From a virus (lineage: Duplodnaviria; Caudoviricetes): a stretch of 64,000 nt of DNA. This document shows, in pieces, positions 1 to 7,566 of the stretch. The translations under genes were made by a program, and so were the position numbers. Each line of letters opens with the position of its first letter. Within the stretch, counting starts at the first letter, position 1. Location of the stretch: the IMG/VR virus record IMGVR_UViG_3300044634_000910, positions 16,435 to 80,434 of that record. The stretch is one strand, 5' to 3'. The notes beneath the pieces were generated by a model, which searched no databases, was not told where the DNA came from, and saw only the letters and a program-made list of their open reading frames with translations.

Positions 1-637
1 GAAATTCTGAATTATTGTTTTTATAACGCTCTCTGTCGATTAAAGAACTATCAAAGTTTATCTTAACACCCAAATCATTTGATATCTTATCTACCAAAAT
101 AGAATAGTCCATAGACTTTAGATCTGCATGCCTTATCATTAAATTAGTTCTGTCAAGTCTTTCATAAAGTAACTCTTTGTCTATAAATGTTCCAAATTTG
201 TTATACATTCTTCTTGAATGCGTAACAAGATTAATATCTTCTGGTGTCAAAATAAAGTTTTGAGATTGAAAATCTTTTAAATATTTAAGTTGTTCCATCA
301 TGCTAAACAAATATTCTTTATCTATATCTAAAATTGTTGATTTATTATTTATTACTTGATCATTTTCATGATCTATTAAACCCTTTTCATCTGAAACCAT
401 GTGTGCAATTAAACTTGCCATAAACTCTGCAGGGTCTCTAAATATAGAAACAATATATGTGCTATCATCAATATCTTTATGCCAGCCACCATGCTTGTCA
501 ACATTTTGTGGTAGTTGAAGTATCTTTATGCCATTTTCTTCTAAAGTTCTTTCTATTGGCCTAATTATATACTCTGTAAAAAATCTTCCACCCGTTTTTG
601 GAATGTGTAAAAAATAAAACTTATTATATTTTTTCAT
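1..637 (-). CDS. Sulfotransferase family protein (runs off window start)
   Basis: Not in ORF track. Manual translation from ATG at 637: MKKYNKFYFLHIPKTGGRFF...SIFRDPAEF, containing the 5'-PSB (HIPKTGG) and 3'-PB (RDP) PAPS-binding motifs. Confidence 0.75.
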   Translation of the reverse strand, partial: MKKYNKFYFLHIPKTGGRFFTEYIIRPIERTLEENGIKILQLPQNVDKHGGWHKDIDDSTYIVSIFRDPAEFMASLIAHMVSDEKGLIDHENDQVINNKSTILDIDKEYLFSMMEQLKYLKDFQSQNFILTPEDINLVTHSRRMYNKFGTFIDKELLYERLDRTNLMIRHADLKSMDYSILVDKISNDLGVKINFDSSLIDRERYKNNNSEF

Positions 638-767
638 TATTTTTTTTAGGGTGCTTTGGTTCATACGGAGCAACTGCTGACTTTATACGACCATCTTTGT
701 ATAATCTAACAATCCATCCATCTTTAATCTGAATAGGGTTAAACGCTGATGCTTTTTTCTTTGGCAT
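624..767 (-). CDS. Small basic hypothetical protein (47 aa)
   Basis: Manual translation MPKKKASAFNPIQIKDGWIVRLYKDGRIKSAVAPYEPKHP...; fills the gap between two genes. Confidence 0.55.
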   Translation of the reverse strand: MPKKKASAFNPIQIKDGWIVRLYKDGRIKSAVAPYEPKHPKKNNEKI

Positions 768-769
768 AA

Positions 770-1093
770 TTATTCCTTAAATAGGCTAGTAACTCTTGTT
801 TGCTTTGAGTAATCTTTTGCTGAAAAAAATATTGATTCATTCTTGGCTACTGGGACACAGTTAGGAACTGGATTGCCGTCTGCTCCTGGCTTCATTCCTC
901 TTTGAACGTAGCCTTCCCAACATGGATCAGCCTTCCCTATTGATGAGTCATACATAGCCATAGCAACCTCTGAGTCTGTATCTTCTTCTTTAGAACATAC
1001 TGGATAGTCTGGACAATCTACATTTAGTTGTTTGCAGGTTTCGCAGTCGTATCCTTGATAGGTGCTTGTTGGCATCATTGAATCATCACTCAT
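770..1093 (-). CDS. Hypothetical Cys-rich protein with CWxGY...VPNCVP motif
   Basis: ORF track; TGATATACT -10 element about 6 nt upstream of ATG (leaderless). Confidence 0.65.
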   Translation of the reverse strand: MSDDSMMPTSTYQGYDCETCKQLNVDCPDYPVCSKEEDTDSEVAMAMYDSSIGKADPCWEGYVQRGMKPGADGNPVPNCVPVAKNESIFFSAKDYSKQTRVTSLFKE

Positions 1094-1111
1094 ACTATCA
1101 GTATATCATAC

Positions 1112-1378
1112 TTAGCCAGCAAGGCGATTGTGTGTTCTTATCCTGTGACAGTTAGCACAAACTACCTCACACTTTTCTATCTCTTTCTTTATAGCCTTCC
1201 ATGAAAACCCATCATGGATCATCCTTGACACATTATACTTCTTGTCTCTTATGTGGTCAAAATCTAAGATAATATGATTACTGATACCACAATCTACACA
1301 GCCAGAATCCTCTTTTATCTTAGCAAGCATCTTCTTATACTGCTGCTTATTATAATGGTCTAACTCTTTGTCAGTCAT
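1112..1378 (-). CDS. HNH endonuclease (small, Zn-binding)
   Basis: CVDCG...FDH...CANCHRIRT; start moved to ATG 1378, 7 nt downstream of TATAAT (1386-1391). Confidence 0.8.
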   Translation of the reverse strand: MTDKELDHYNKQQYKKMLAKIKEDSGCVDCGISNHIILDFDHIRDKKYNVSRMIHDGFSWKAIKKEIEKCEVVCANCHRIRTHNRLAG

Positions 1379-1405
1379 TGATATTATTATACCGCCAAAT
1401 GTTAG

Positions 1406-1489
1406 GTCCCACACAAGCAATTCACCTGACTTGCGCCACGGTCTCTATCCAATGGGTAACTAATCCATCACTAAGGTCCTGTGTGGGAC
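1406..1489 (-). ncRNA. Candidate structured ncRNA (84 nt, 12-bp closing stem)
   Basis: GUCCCACACAGG...CUUGUGUGGGAC terminal stem with internal hairpins; TGCTACAAT extended -10 ends 6 nt before the first G. Confidence 0.55.
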
Positions 1490-1511
1490 AATTATATTGT
1501 AGCATAGGAAA

Positions 1512-1627
1512 TGAGCAGTTTATAGACGACTGCTCAGGTCTATTAGCCACGAAGATTCGACTCCTGCTAACTCTCCACTCATAGGAGCATCCGTTGTAAA
1601 ACCTTTTAAAGTCTTATATCGGAATGT
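1512..1627 (-). ncRNA. Candidate structured ncRNA with 3' H-type pseudoknot
   Basis: TATAAT at 1633-1638; three hairpins followed by TAGAC-CT-GAGCAG-TC-GTCTA-TAAA-CTGCTC. Confidence 0.5.
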
Positions 1628-1638
1628 TATCTATTATA

Positions 1639-2055
1639 CTACTTAATTTTAATAGATTTAGGCTTCTTTTCTTCAGGAACAATACGAACCACATTAACAT
1701 GCAGCATACCATCCTTAAGTTCTGCAGATGTTACTTCCATGTACTCTCCCAGTGCAAAAGATCTTACGAACTTTCTTCCTGCGATTCCCTTGTGAACTAC
1801 CTCTGCATCTGTCACTTCAACAATCTCACCCTTGATAATTAATGTTCCATTATCTACTGAAACATCAATATCATCCTTTGAAAACCCAGCGACAGCAAGT
1901 GAAATCTTGTATGTGTCTTCATCCAGTTTAATAAGATCATACGGAGGGTACGAATGTGAGTTTGTTTTATGTGCTGTATTTAGGCGACTCAACTCTCTGT
2001 TGAAGCCAATAAAAAAAGGATCATTGAATAGATCCATAGCGTATTTTGTTACCAT
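1639..2055 (-). CDS. hsp20: Small heat shock protein (Hsp20/IbpA family)
   Basis: YPPYDLIK, LAVAGF, HKGIAGRKFVRSFAL and AELKDGML alpha-crystallin motifs. Confidence 0.95.
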   Translation of the reverse strand: MVTKYAMDLFNDPFFIGFNRELSRLNTAHKTNSHSYPPYDLIKLDEDTYKISLAVAGFSKDDIDVSVDNGTLIIKGEIVEVTDAEVVHKGIAGRKFVRSFALGEYMEVTSAELKDGMLHVNVVRIVPEEKKPKSIKIK

Positions 2056-2056
2056 G

Positions 2057-2079
2057 TTATTCCCCTTTCAAGCGAATAA
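2057..2079 (-). promoter_or_regulatory. ROSE-like RNA thermometer hairpin over the hsp20 RBS
   Basis: UUAUUC[G]CUU-GAAA-GGGGAAUAA; UCGCU motif with bulged G pairs with the SD. Confidence 0.6.
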
Positions 2080-2110
2080 GTTAATTCCCCCCATTTGGGC
2101 AGGTAACAAT

Positions 2111-2139
2111 ATTATAACATAGAAAAGCAGGCCTGTCAA
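2111..2139 (-). promoter_or_regulatory. Consensus sigma70/sigmaA promoter for hsp20
   Basis: TTGACA-17 nt-TATAAT. Confidence 0.85.
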
Positions 2140-2153
2140 ATAACAAGCCTGCC
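2123..2153 (-). terminator. Intrinsic terminator overlapping the hsp20 -35 box
   Basis: GCAGGCTTGTTA-TT-TGACAGGCCTGC followed by TTTTCT. Confidence 0.65.
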
Positions 2154-2167
2154 AGTCTATATCAAGA

Positions 2168-2467
2168 TTACTTTACTTGATTAGTTGTCTTTCCTCCGCC
2201 AGATGACTTCTTTGCAGGAGCCTTCTTTGCGGTCTTCTTAACAACCTTTGCAGACTTAACTGCCTTATCGACCTCTTCAACTGAAGGCATTCTTCCGAAT
2301 GCTGTATCTGAAGGGTTTGCTGCTCTCAATACAACAGGCACAAGTGCACCAAGTAGTGAGTATGCTAGTGTCTGTGGATCTGTTACTCCAGATGCATACA
2401 ACGCTGTTGCTGCACCAAGAACTGATCTTCCGTATGACGCTAGTACTGCTTTGATTTGTTCGTTCAT
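2168..2467 (-). CDS. Putative holin-like membrane protein with basic tail
   Basis: Two hydrophobic segments; Lys/Ala-rich C-terminus. Confidence 0.5.
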   Translation of the reverse strand: MNEQIKAVLASYGRSVLGAATALYASGVTDPQTLAYSLLGALVPVVLRAANPSDTAFGRMPSVEEVDKAVKSAKVVKKTAKKAPAKKSSGGGKTTNQVK

Positions 2468-2492
2468 TTTTTCCTCCTATAGGATATTTTAT

Positions 2493-3371
2493 TTATTTAC
2501 CAGCCTGTTGGCCAGCAAAATCTTTTCTTGATTCTACATAATGTTTTACAAATGAAACAATCTTTGTAGACTCTGATCTTGGGACTGCATTTATTAACAA
2601 GTGATTAATATTATCTTCTTCAAGCATTTGAATAAATTCATGAAAACTGTCATGTGTAAAATATTCTACATCTTCTACAACTTTTGTAACGTCTCCTTTT
2701 TTCCATACGGGCTTCATGGCATGATGTGCTAAAGTTTCAAGTTCCTCTTTTGTTTCTCTAATGACTGGAGTCATTGCTAACATTATTTCAATGTCACCTC
2801 TTTCAAACTCAATCTTTAATGAAGGATCTTTGAGCCAGTCAGACCAAAATCCACGCTTATATATGCTGTATGGAAGGATAATTTTATTTTTATATTTTTT
2901 AACTGCATCAAAAACATAGTTGTTAGTCGTTGATATATAAACATCGAGTTGCTCTTCTTTCTTTTTGTTTTTTGATATCTCATCTAAACTTTCAATAAAC
3001 TTAATAGTATAGTTTGATCTTTCAACTGAAGAAGATGAGTCGCTAACATCACCAACAATTCCACCAACATTGCTTTCATGGTCTTTGATGTATCCTGCAA
3101 TTATATTTATTTGTAGTCTATCTTTTTGAATCTCGCTTATTGATTGATTGATAGCATATAGGTACTGTGGAGATATTGTATAAGGTCTAATTGCAATAAG
3201 GTATTTAATTTTTTCGTTTAACTTGATATCTCTGGCAACTCTAACGAACATATCTCCTTGTGTAGCATCATAGGTAAACATAACTCCATCAAAGTGATGA
3301 CTATTTAGGGTAGATGTGTCTTCAAGTGTATCGTTTTCATTAAATGTCCCGCCAAAGTAATAAAATTTCAT
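2493..3371 (-). CDS. Luciferase-like (LLM/SsuD-like) flavin-dependent oxidoreductase, paralog 2
   Basis: KYLIAIRPYTISPQY...RLQINIIAG resembles SsuD-type FLVALRP...SP...R..FNLVTG. Confidence 0.65.
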   Translation of the reverse strand: MKFYYFGGTFNENDTLEDTSTLNSHHFDGVMFTYDATQGDMFVRVARDIKLNEKIKYLIAIRPYTISPQYLYAINQSISEIQKDRLQINIIAGYIKDHESNVGGIVGDVSDSSSSVERSNYTIKFIESLDEISKNKKKEEQLDVYISTTNNYVFDAVKKYKNKIILPYSIYKRGFWSDWLKDPSLKIEFERGDIEIMLAMTPVIRETKEELETLAHHAMKPVWKKGDVTKVVEDVEYFTHDSFHEFIQMLEEDNINHLLINAVPRSESTKIVSFVKHYVESRKDFAGQQAGK

Positions 3372-4225
3372 TATTTGTTTATTTCCCTATACTCTTCTGA
3401 CTGAACATAGTCCCTAATAAAAGGTATTATTACATTATTTTCTTCTTGAGGAACAGCATTAATTAATAAATAGTTTATGTTATCTTTCTTCAACTGTTTA
3501 ATAAATTCATGAAAACTTTTATGAGTAAAGTATCCCACATCATTAACTACTTTTGGTATTTCTCCTTTTTGCCATACAGGTCTTAATGCATAATTGTTTA
3601 AAGATTCTAGTTCTTCCTGAGTCTCTCTAATAATTGGTGTAATTGCTAACATTATTTGTTTGCTTGAAACATCTAAAGATTTATTATATTTTTTAAACCA
3701 AAGATTATCTTTGTATAAACTGTATGGAAGAATTATTTTATTGTTATATTTATTTACTGTGTCAAGAACTCTTGGATTTGTTGTTGTTACAAAAAAATCT
3801 AAAGGGGACCTAAGATTTTTTCCTGACTGCATTTCATTTAGTGTATTTAGAAACTCTGTCATGTATTTTCTTTTAGCAACTTTGTCTGATTGATCGTTTA
3901 CCTCTCCAACAATTCCATTAAAACTATTCTCATGATCTTTTGTATATCCTGTAATTAAGTTTAGTTGAATCCTATTTTTATCTATCTTATTTAAAGAATC
4001 ATTAATCATATAAAGGTATTGAGGAGATATTGTGTATGGTCTTATGGCAATTAAATATTTAATGTTTTTAGTTTCTTTTATATCTAATGCTGCCTTTACA
4101 AATATATCTCCTTGAGGGATATCATGTGTGAACATAACTCCAGAAAAATGGTGCTTTTCTAAATATGCTGGGGACTTAACAGATCCTTCTTCTCCAATTA
4201 CTCCACCAAAATAATAAAATTTCAT
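3371..4225 (-). CDS. Luciferase-like (LLM/SsuD-like) flavin-dependent oxidoreductase, paralog 1
   Basis: Same motifs (KYLIAIRPYTISPQY, RIQLNLITG); alignable end to end with its neighbour. Confidence 0.65.
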   Translation of the reverse strand: MKFYYFGGVIGEEGSVKSPAYLEKHHFSGVMFTHDIPQGDIFVKAALDIKETKNIKYLIAIRPYTISPQYLYMINDSLNKIDKNRIQLNLITGYTKDHENSFNGIVGEVNDQSDKVAKRKYMTEFLNTLNEMQSGKNLRSPLDFFVTTTNPRVLDTVNKYNNKIILPYSLYKDNLWFKKYNKSLDVSSKQIMLAITPIIRETQEELESLNNYALRPVWQKGEIPKVVNDVGYFTHKSFHEFIKQLKKDNINYLLINAVPQEENNVIIPFIRDYVQSEEYREINK

Positions 4226-4368
4226 TTTGTCGCCTGACTATAGTGTAGATCACACAGTTCTACAATTCTGCTTTCAGAACTTGCCCAAATCTGTGTTCCC
4301 TCATCCTGGCACAACTCCTCTTCGCATATGAACATGCTAAGATTTTTAGTTGATTTAAGGACTATCAT
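4222..4368 (-). CDS. Small Cys/His protein (48 aa)
   Basis: Manual translation ...MFICEEELC...ELCDLHYSQATK; start and stop overlap the neighbouring genes. Confidence 0.5.
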   Translation of the reverse strand: MIVLKSTKNLSMFICEEELCQDEGTQIWASSESRIVELCDLHYSQATK

Positions 4369-4793
4369 TACTCTATTTTATCATAGTCTTCTGGTAGTAG
4401 TTTCTTTAGTTCTTTGTATGCCACCGAAATTTTCTTCATTGAGTGGTAATGAGGATAAGCAGATCCAACCTCTCCATACTCATCAAAATATGCTATCTCT
4501 GGTTCTATATCAGTAATAAACTTATTTAGTGATGACTGGAAACCTTCTATATACTGATAAGCCCAATCTCTAGAATCTGAAACAAATTTTAAAAAAGCAT
4601 CTGAGTCATTTTCTTTTTTTAACAAATTTCGTGCTGATGCTTCAAATAGTTTTTCAGCCAAGATTGTTTTATCTATGTGTGCTTGAATCAACTGTTTAGA
4701 TATAGCAGAAATCTTAAAATTAAACCTAATATTGTTTACTATCAAAGCAAAAAATAAGATTATAAAAAATGCAAAAGAAATAAATTCAATCAT
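4368..4793 (-). CDS. Hypothetical membrane-anchored protein
   Basis: N-terminal TM helix; ORF track. Confidence 0.65.
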   Translation of the reverse strand: MIEFISFAFFIILFFALIVNNIRFNFKISAISKQLIQAHIDKTILAEKLFEASARNLLKKENDSDAFLKFVSDSRDWAYQYIEGFQSSLNKFITDIEPEIAYFDEYGEVGSAYPHYHSMKKISVAYKELKKLLPEDYDKIE

Positions 4794-5026
4794 AGATCTT
4801 TACCGCCCTCTCTAACTAACAAAACAATTGCTCCATTTTCTTCAAGTGCTTTTTTTGTACGAATCATATACTCTACAGCCTCTTTTCTTTCTTCTCCCGA
4901 AAGACTCATAAACTGTTTTTCACTTGCTTTAACTGTTAAAAAATTGTCATGATCTACTATCTGAAGTTCAAAACCCTTTGGACCTTTGATAGAACGAAAA
5001 GCCATTCTCATTGAATCTGTATACAT
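4790..5026 (-). CDS. Hypothetical protein
   Basis: ORF track, tightly packed in operon. Confidence 0.65.
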   Translation of the reverse strand: MYTDSMRMAFRSIKGPKGFELQIVDHDNFLTVKASEKQFMSLSGEERKEAVEYMIRTKKALEENGAIVLLVREGGKDL

Positions 5027-5027
5027 T

Positions 5028-5312
5028 TTATTGCTCCGTTGTTAGTCTTTGCCATGTGTTTGCCCAGTCTGATTTAGACTTATGCTTAGAAAACTCTTTA
5101 GAAATTTGCCCACCTTCAAGGTAAACTCCTCCCCAAACTCCCCATTCTTTTTGTGAAACTCCAACGGCAAAACACATCTTTGATACTGGACACATAGAGC
5201 ATAGTTTATCTATTGCTGGTCTAAGCAACTCATCATCTTCATACTTTTCAAAGAATAAATTTGTATCGTAATCTAAACATAAAGCATTGTCTTTCCATTC
5301 ATGTTTAGGCAT
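5028..5312 (-). CDS. whiB: WhiB family transcription factor
   Basis: C...LFF...CxxC-x5-C...GVWGG signature. Confidence 0.92.
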   Translation of the reverse strand: MPKHEWKDNALCLDYDTNLFFEKYEDDELLRPAIDKLCSMCPVSKMCFAVGVSQKEWGVWGGVYLEGGQISKEFSKHKSKSDWANTWQRLTTEQ

Positions 5313-5313
5313 G

Positions 5314-5523
5314 CTAACCTACAAACTTGTCTGGTATGTCCCATCCATTCTTAGAAGGTACAAAACGACGCTGTAGGTGCCACTTGCCATCTACGAATGC
5401 ACCCTGTGGTGCTGTTCTACCCTTCTCAGAAGGATAAGTATTTACCACTGTCCATCCATCCCACACCAAAGATTTGTTTGCATTAACAATCTTTTCCATT
5501 TGCTCTAATGATTTAATTTGCAT
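5314..5523 (-). CDS. Hypothetical protein
   Basis: ORF track; start moved to MQIKSLE, which follows an AAGGA RBS. Confidence 0.65.
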   Translation of the reverse strand: MQIKSLEQMEKIVNANKSLVWDGWTVVNTYPSEKGRTAPQGAFVDGKWHLQRRFVPSKNGWDIPDKFVG

Positions 5524-5536
5524 CTTTATTCCTTTG

Positions 5537-5899
5537 TTAGTATCTGAAAATGCCATATTCGACATTATTATTTTTTGCTTCATCAACAAGTTTTGAGACC
5601 TGTTCTCTTTCTTTACTTAAGAAAGCAAAGTAGTTTATATCTGAAATATTTTCTGCAACCCATGAAGGGGCAACAGCCTTATACTTAATACTTTTGCCAC
5701 GAGCCTTTAGTCCTCGCTCTGAAAGGTTTGCAAACTCCATAGCCATAGAATTAATGTTTGCAGGTCCTGCAGAGTAAATATAAAAATATGGATCTTCTTC
5801 TTTTAAAGAAGACATTGTAACTGCCATGGCTCTAAGAAAAACCTGGTAGTCATCAAAACTACTGGTTCCTTGAATCCCCACTATCATTTTTCTTCCCAT
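5537..5899 (-). CDS. Hypothetical protein, possibly YspA/SLOG-like
   Basis: IVGIQGTSSFDDY resembles the SLOG N-terminal motif. Confidence 0.4.
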   Translation of the reverse strand: MGRKMIVGIQGTSSFDDYQVFLRAMAVTMSSLKEEDPYFYIYSAGPANINSMAMEFANLSERGLKARGKSIKYKAVAPSWVAENISDINYFAFLSKEREQVSKLVDEAKNNNVEYGIFRY

Positions 5900-6281
5900 C
5901 TCTAAGTTGATCCATTATAAATAGCATCTTATCTAATTGTACCTTATCCATACCCATCGTGTCAACTACGGTTGCACTCTGTTTGTCTATAGAATCTCCA
6001 TCCACATCAGCACAATAAAAGCCTCCATCCTTAACAAAATAAGCCTTGTTATCAAGGATTACAACCCTTATGTTTACCTTTTCATCATGCTTGCTTGACT
6101 GGGTAGGCATCCTTTTTCTATAAGTTTTAAGATCTGGAAGCAGTGGCATAACCAATGTGTGTATATGGCTTTGGCTATATCTAATATTATTTACTTTGGT
6201 TTTTAGGGTGCGTGGAAGTATTAGCCTTGTTGTTATAAACATGGCTAAAATGGTTAGCGCAGATCCTAAAAAGTATTCCAT
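5859..6281 (-). CDS. Hypothetical protein with N-terminal TM
   Basis: ORF track; upstream TAGTATAAT and GGAG RBS. Confidence 0.65.
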   Translation of the reverse strand: MEYFLGSALTILAMFITTRLILPRTLKTKVNNIRYSQSHIHTLVMPLLPDLKTYRKRMPTQSSKHDEKVNIRVVILDNKAYFVKDGGFYCADVDGDSIDKQSATVVDTMGMDKVQLDKMLFIMDQLRDGKKNDSGDSRNQ

Positions 6282-6302
6282 AGTGTCTCCAAAACAATTA
6301 TA

Positions 6303-6641
6303 CTACTTATCTAAAAGAATAACTCTGATTATCTCTTTCAATGTAGCCTGAGACTCTTTACTTAGTTTAGAAACCGCTTCCTGATCCAGCGCTTTAGGAG
6401 TCAATGTAACTATTGGATTTTTTTCAGTAACATCCATATCTAAAAATCCATGGCTCCACAAAGACATAGTCTCACGAGAAAAATATAGAGATACTTCCCT
6501 ATGTAGTTCTGGGCTTATATCTATCAACTTTTCTGTAAAATTGTATATAGGCTCACCAGTATCCATATCTATTCCAGAAACTTCAAGGGCACCAGCCAAG
6601 ATTAATTGGTCTATTGCATCATCTTCATCTTTAAAGTTCAT
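6303..6641 (-). CDS. Hypothetical protein (paralog of upstream gene)
   Basis: LILAGALEVSGIDMDTGEPIYNFTEK. Confidence 0.65.
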   Translation of the reverse strand: MNFKDEDDAIDQLILAGALEVSGIDMDTGEPIYNFTEKLIDISPELHREVSLYFSRETMSLWSHGFLDMDVTEKNPIVTLTPKALDQEAVSKLSKESQATLKEIIRVILLDK

Positions 6642-6862
6642 TGACGAATTCTCCATGTCATTCTTGTAGGACCCTGCTCAATTAGTTGAAACATGTGGTG
6701 CTCATACTGATCTTTTAGTTCTTCGTATATATCTGGACTGACTTCTTTCATCTTATCAGTAATTGTATACATCATCTCACCAGTTGCTTCATCTATACCC
6801 TGAAATTCAACAGCACCCTGAAGCATTAAGTGTTCAAGCATGGCTTGTTCTTTAAGCCCCAT
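6638..6862 (-). CDS. Hypothetical protein (paralog of downstream gene)
   Basis: LMLQGAVEFQGIDEATGEMMYTITDK. Confidence 0.65.
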   Translation of the reverse strand: MGLKEQAMLEHLMLQGAVEFQGIDEATGEMMYTITDKMKEVSPDIYEELKDQYEHHMFQLIEQGPTRMTWRIRQ

Positions 6863-6863
6863 A

Positions 6864-7271
6864 TTACTTACCTGACTTTGCTCTTGCCTTCTTCAAAGCG
6901 TCAAAATCTTTGACCTTTGTCTCTCCCATATAGCCCCAGGCATGGCCATCATTGATCATCTTGTCATTAATTGAGACGGTATCTCCATCAAGGTAGACCC
7001 AACCAAGGATGCGACCATACTTTTCTGATGAGTCCATCTTCTCTGTCTTGATCACTACAGACTTAGCACTGTCAATAGCAGCCTTCAAATAAGCCTTTGC
7101 TTCCAGTCCTAAAGCCTTTTCAGCCTTGTCTGTAGTACGAGACTCAGGTGTATCAATACCAGCCAGTCTTACCCTTGAACTAAAAGAAATATCAAACCCT
7201 AAATCAATATCGACATCAATGGTATCTCCATCAACGACTTTTGTTACTTTCTTTACATAATATTCAAACAT
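6864..7271 (-). CDS. Thermonuclease (SNase-like)
   Basis: VVDGDTI, RVRLAGIDTPE, KYGRILG, MINDGHA. Confidence 0.92.
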   Translation of the reverse strand: MFEYYVKKVTKVVDGDTIDVDIDLGFDISFSSRVRLAGIDTPESRTTDKAEKALGLEAKAYLKAAIDSAKSVVIKTEKMDSSEKYGRILGWVYLDGDTVSINDKMINDGHAWGYMGETKVKDFDALKKARAKSGK

Positions 7272-7281
7272 TTGTGCCCCC

Positions 7282-7566
7282 TTAGACCCAATACTTAATT
7301 ATAGCAGTTGCTGCAAGAATTGACCAGATTATATTAAACCAAATAATTGTTGGTAATGTTTTTACTGTTGATGACCAAATTAAAGATAAACTGGTTATTA
7401 ATGCAAAGATGTATAGCCACCAAAACTGTACACCAAAAATAAGACCTGGAATAATAATTGCTGCCTTGGTCATAAAGGCAAAGAACTCTACCGTATTTGG
7501 TAGGTTCCAATAAGACTTATGCTTCATTGTCTTTAGAGCATTAATCCACTCTGTTCTAAATTTCAT
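7282..7566 (-). CDS. Hypothetical integral membrane protein
   Basis: About three hydrophobic helices; overlaps the halogenase stop codon. Confidence 0.65.
   Translation of the reverse strand: MKFRTEWINALKTMKHKSYWNLPNTVEFFAFMTKAAIIIPGLIFGVQFWWLYIFALITSLSLIWSSTVKTLPTIIWFNIIWSILAATAIIKYWV

Noticed and set aside
1112-1627. HNH plus upstream RNAs as an IscB/OMEGA (HEARO) element
   Set aside because: The protein is only 88 aa with no RuvC or PLMP motifs, and no transposon ends are visible; any link to the RNAs is unproven
1400-1630. tmRNA, SRP RNA or additional tRNAs
   Set aside because: No alanine acceptor/T-arm ends, no complete SRP domain IV motif and no cloverleaf
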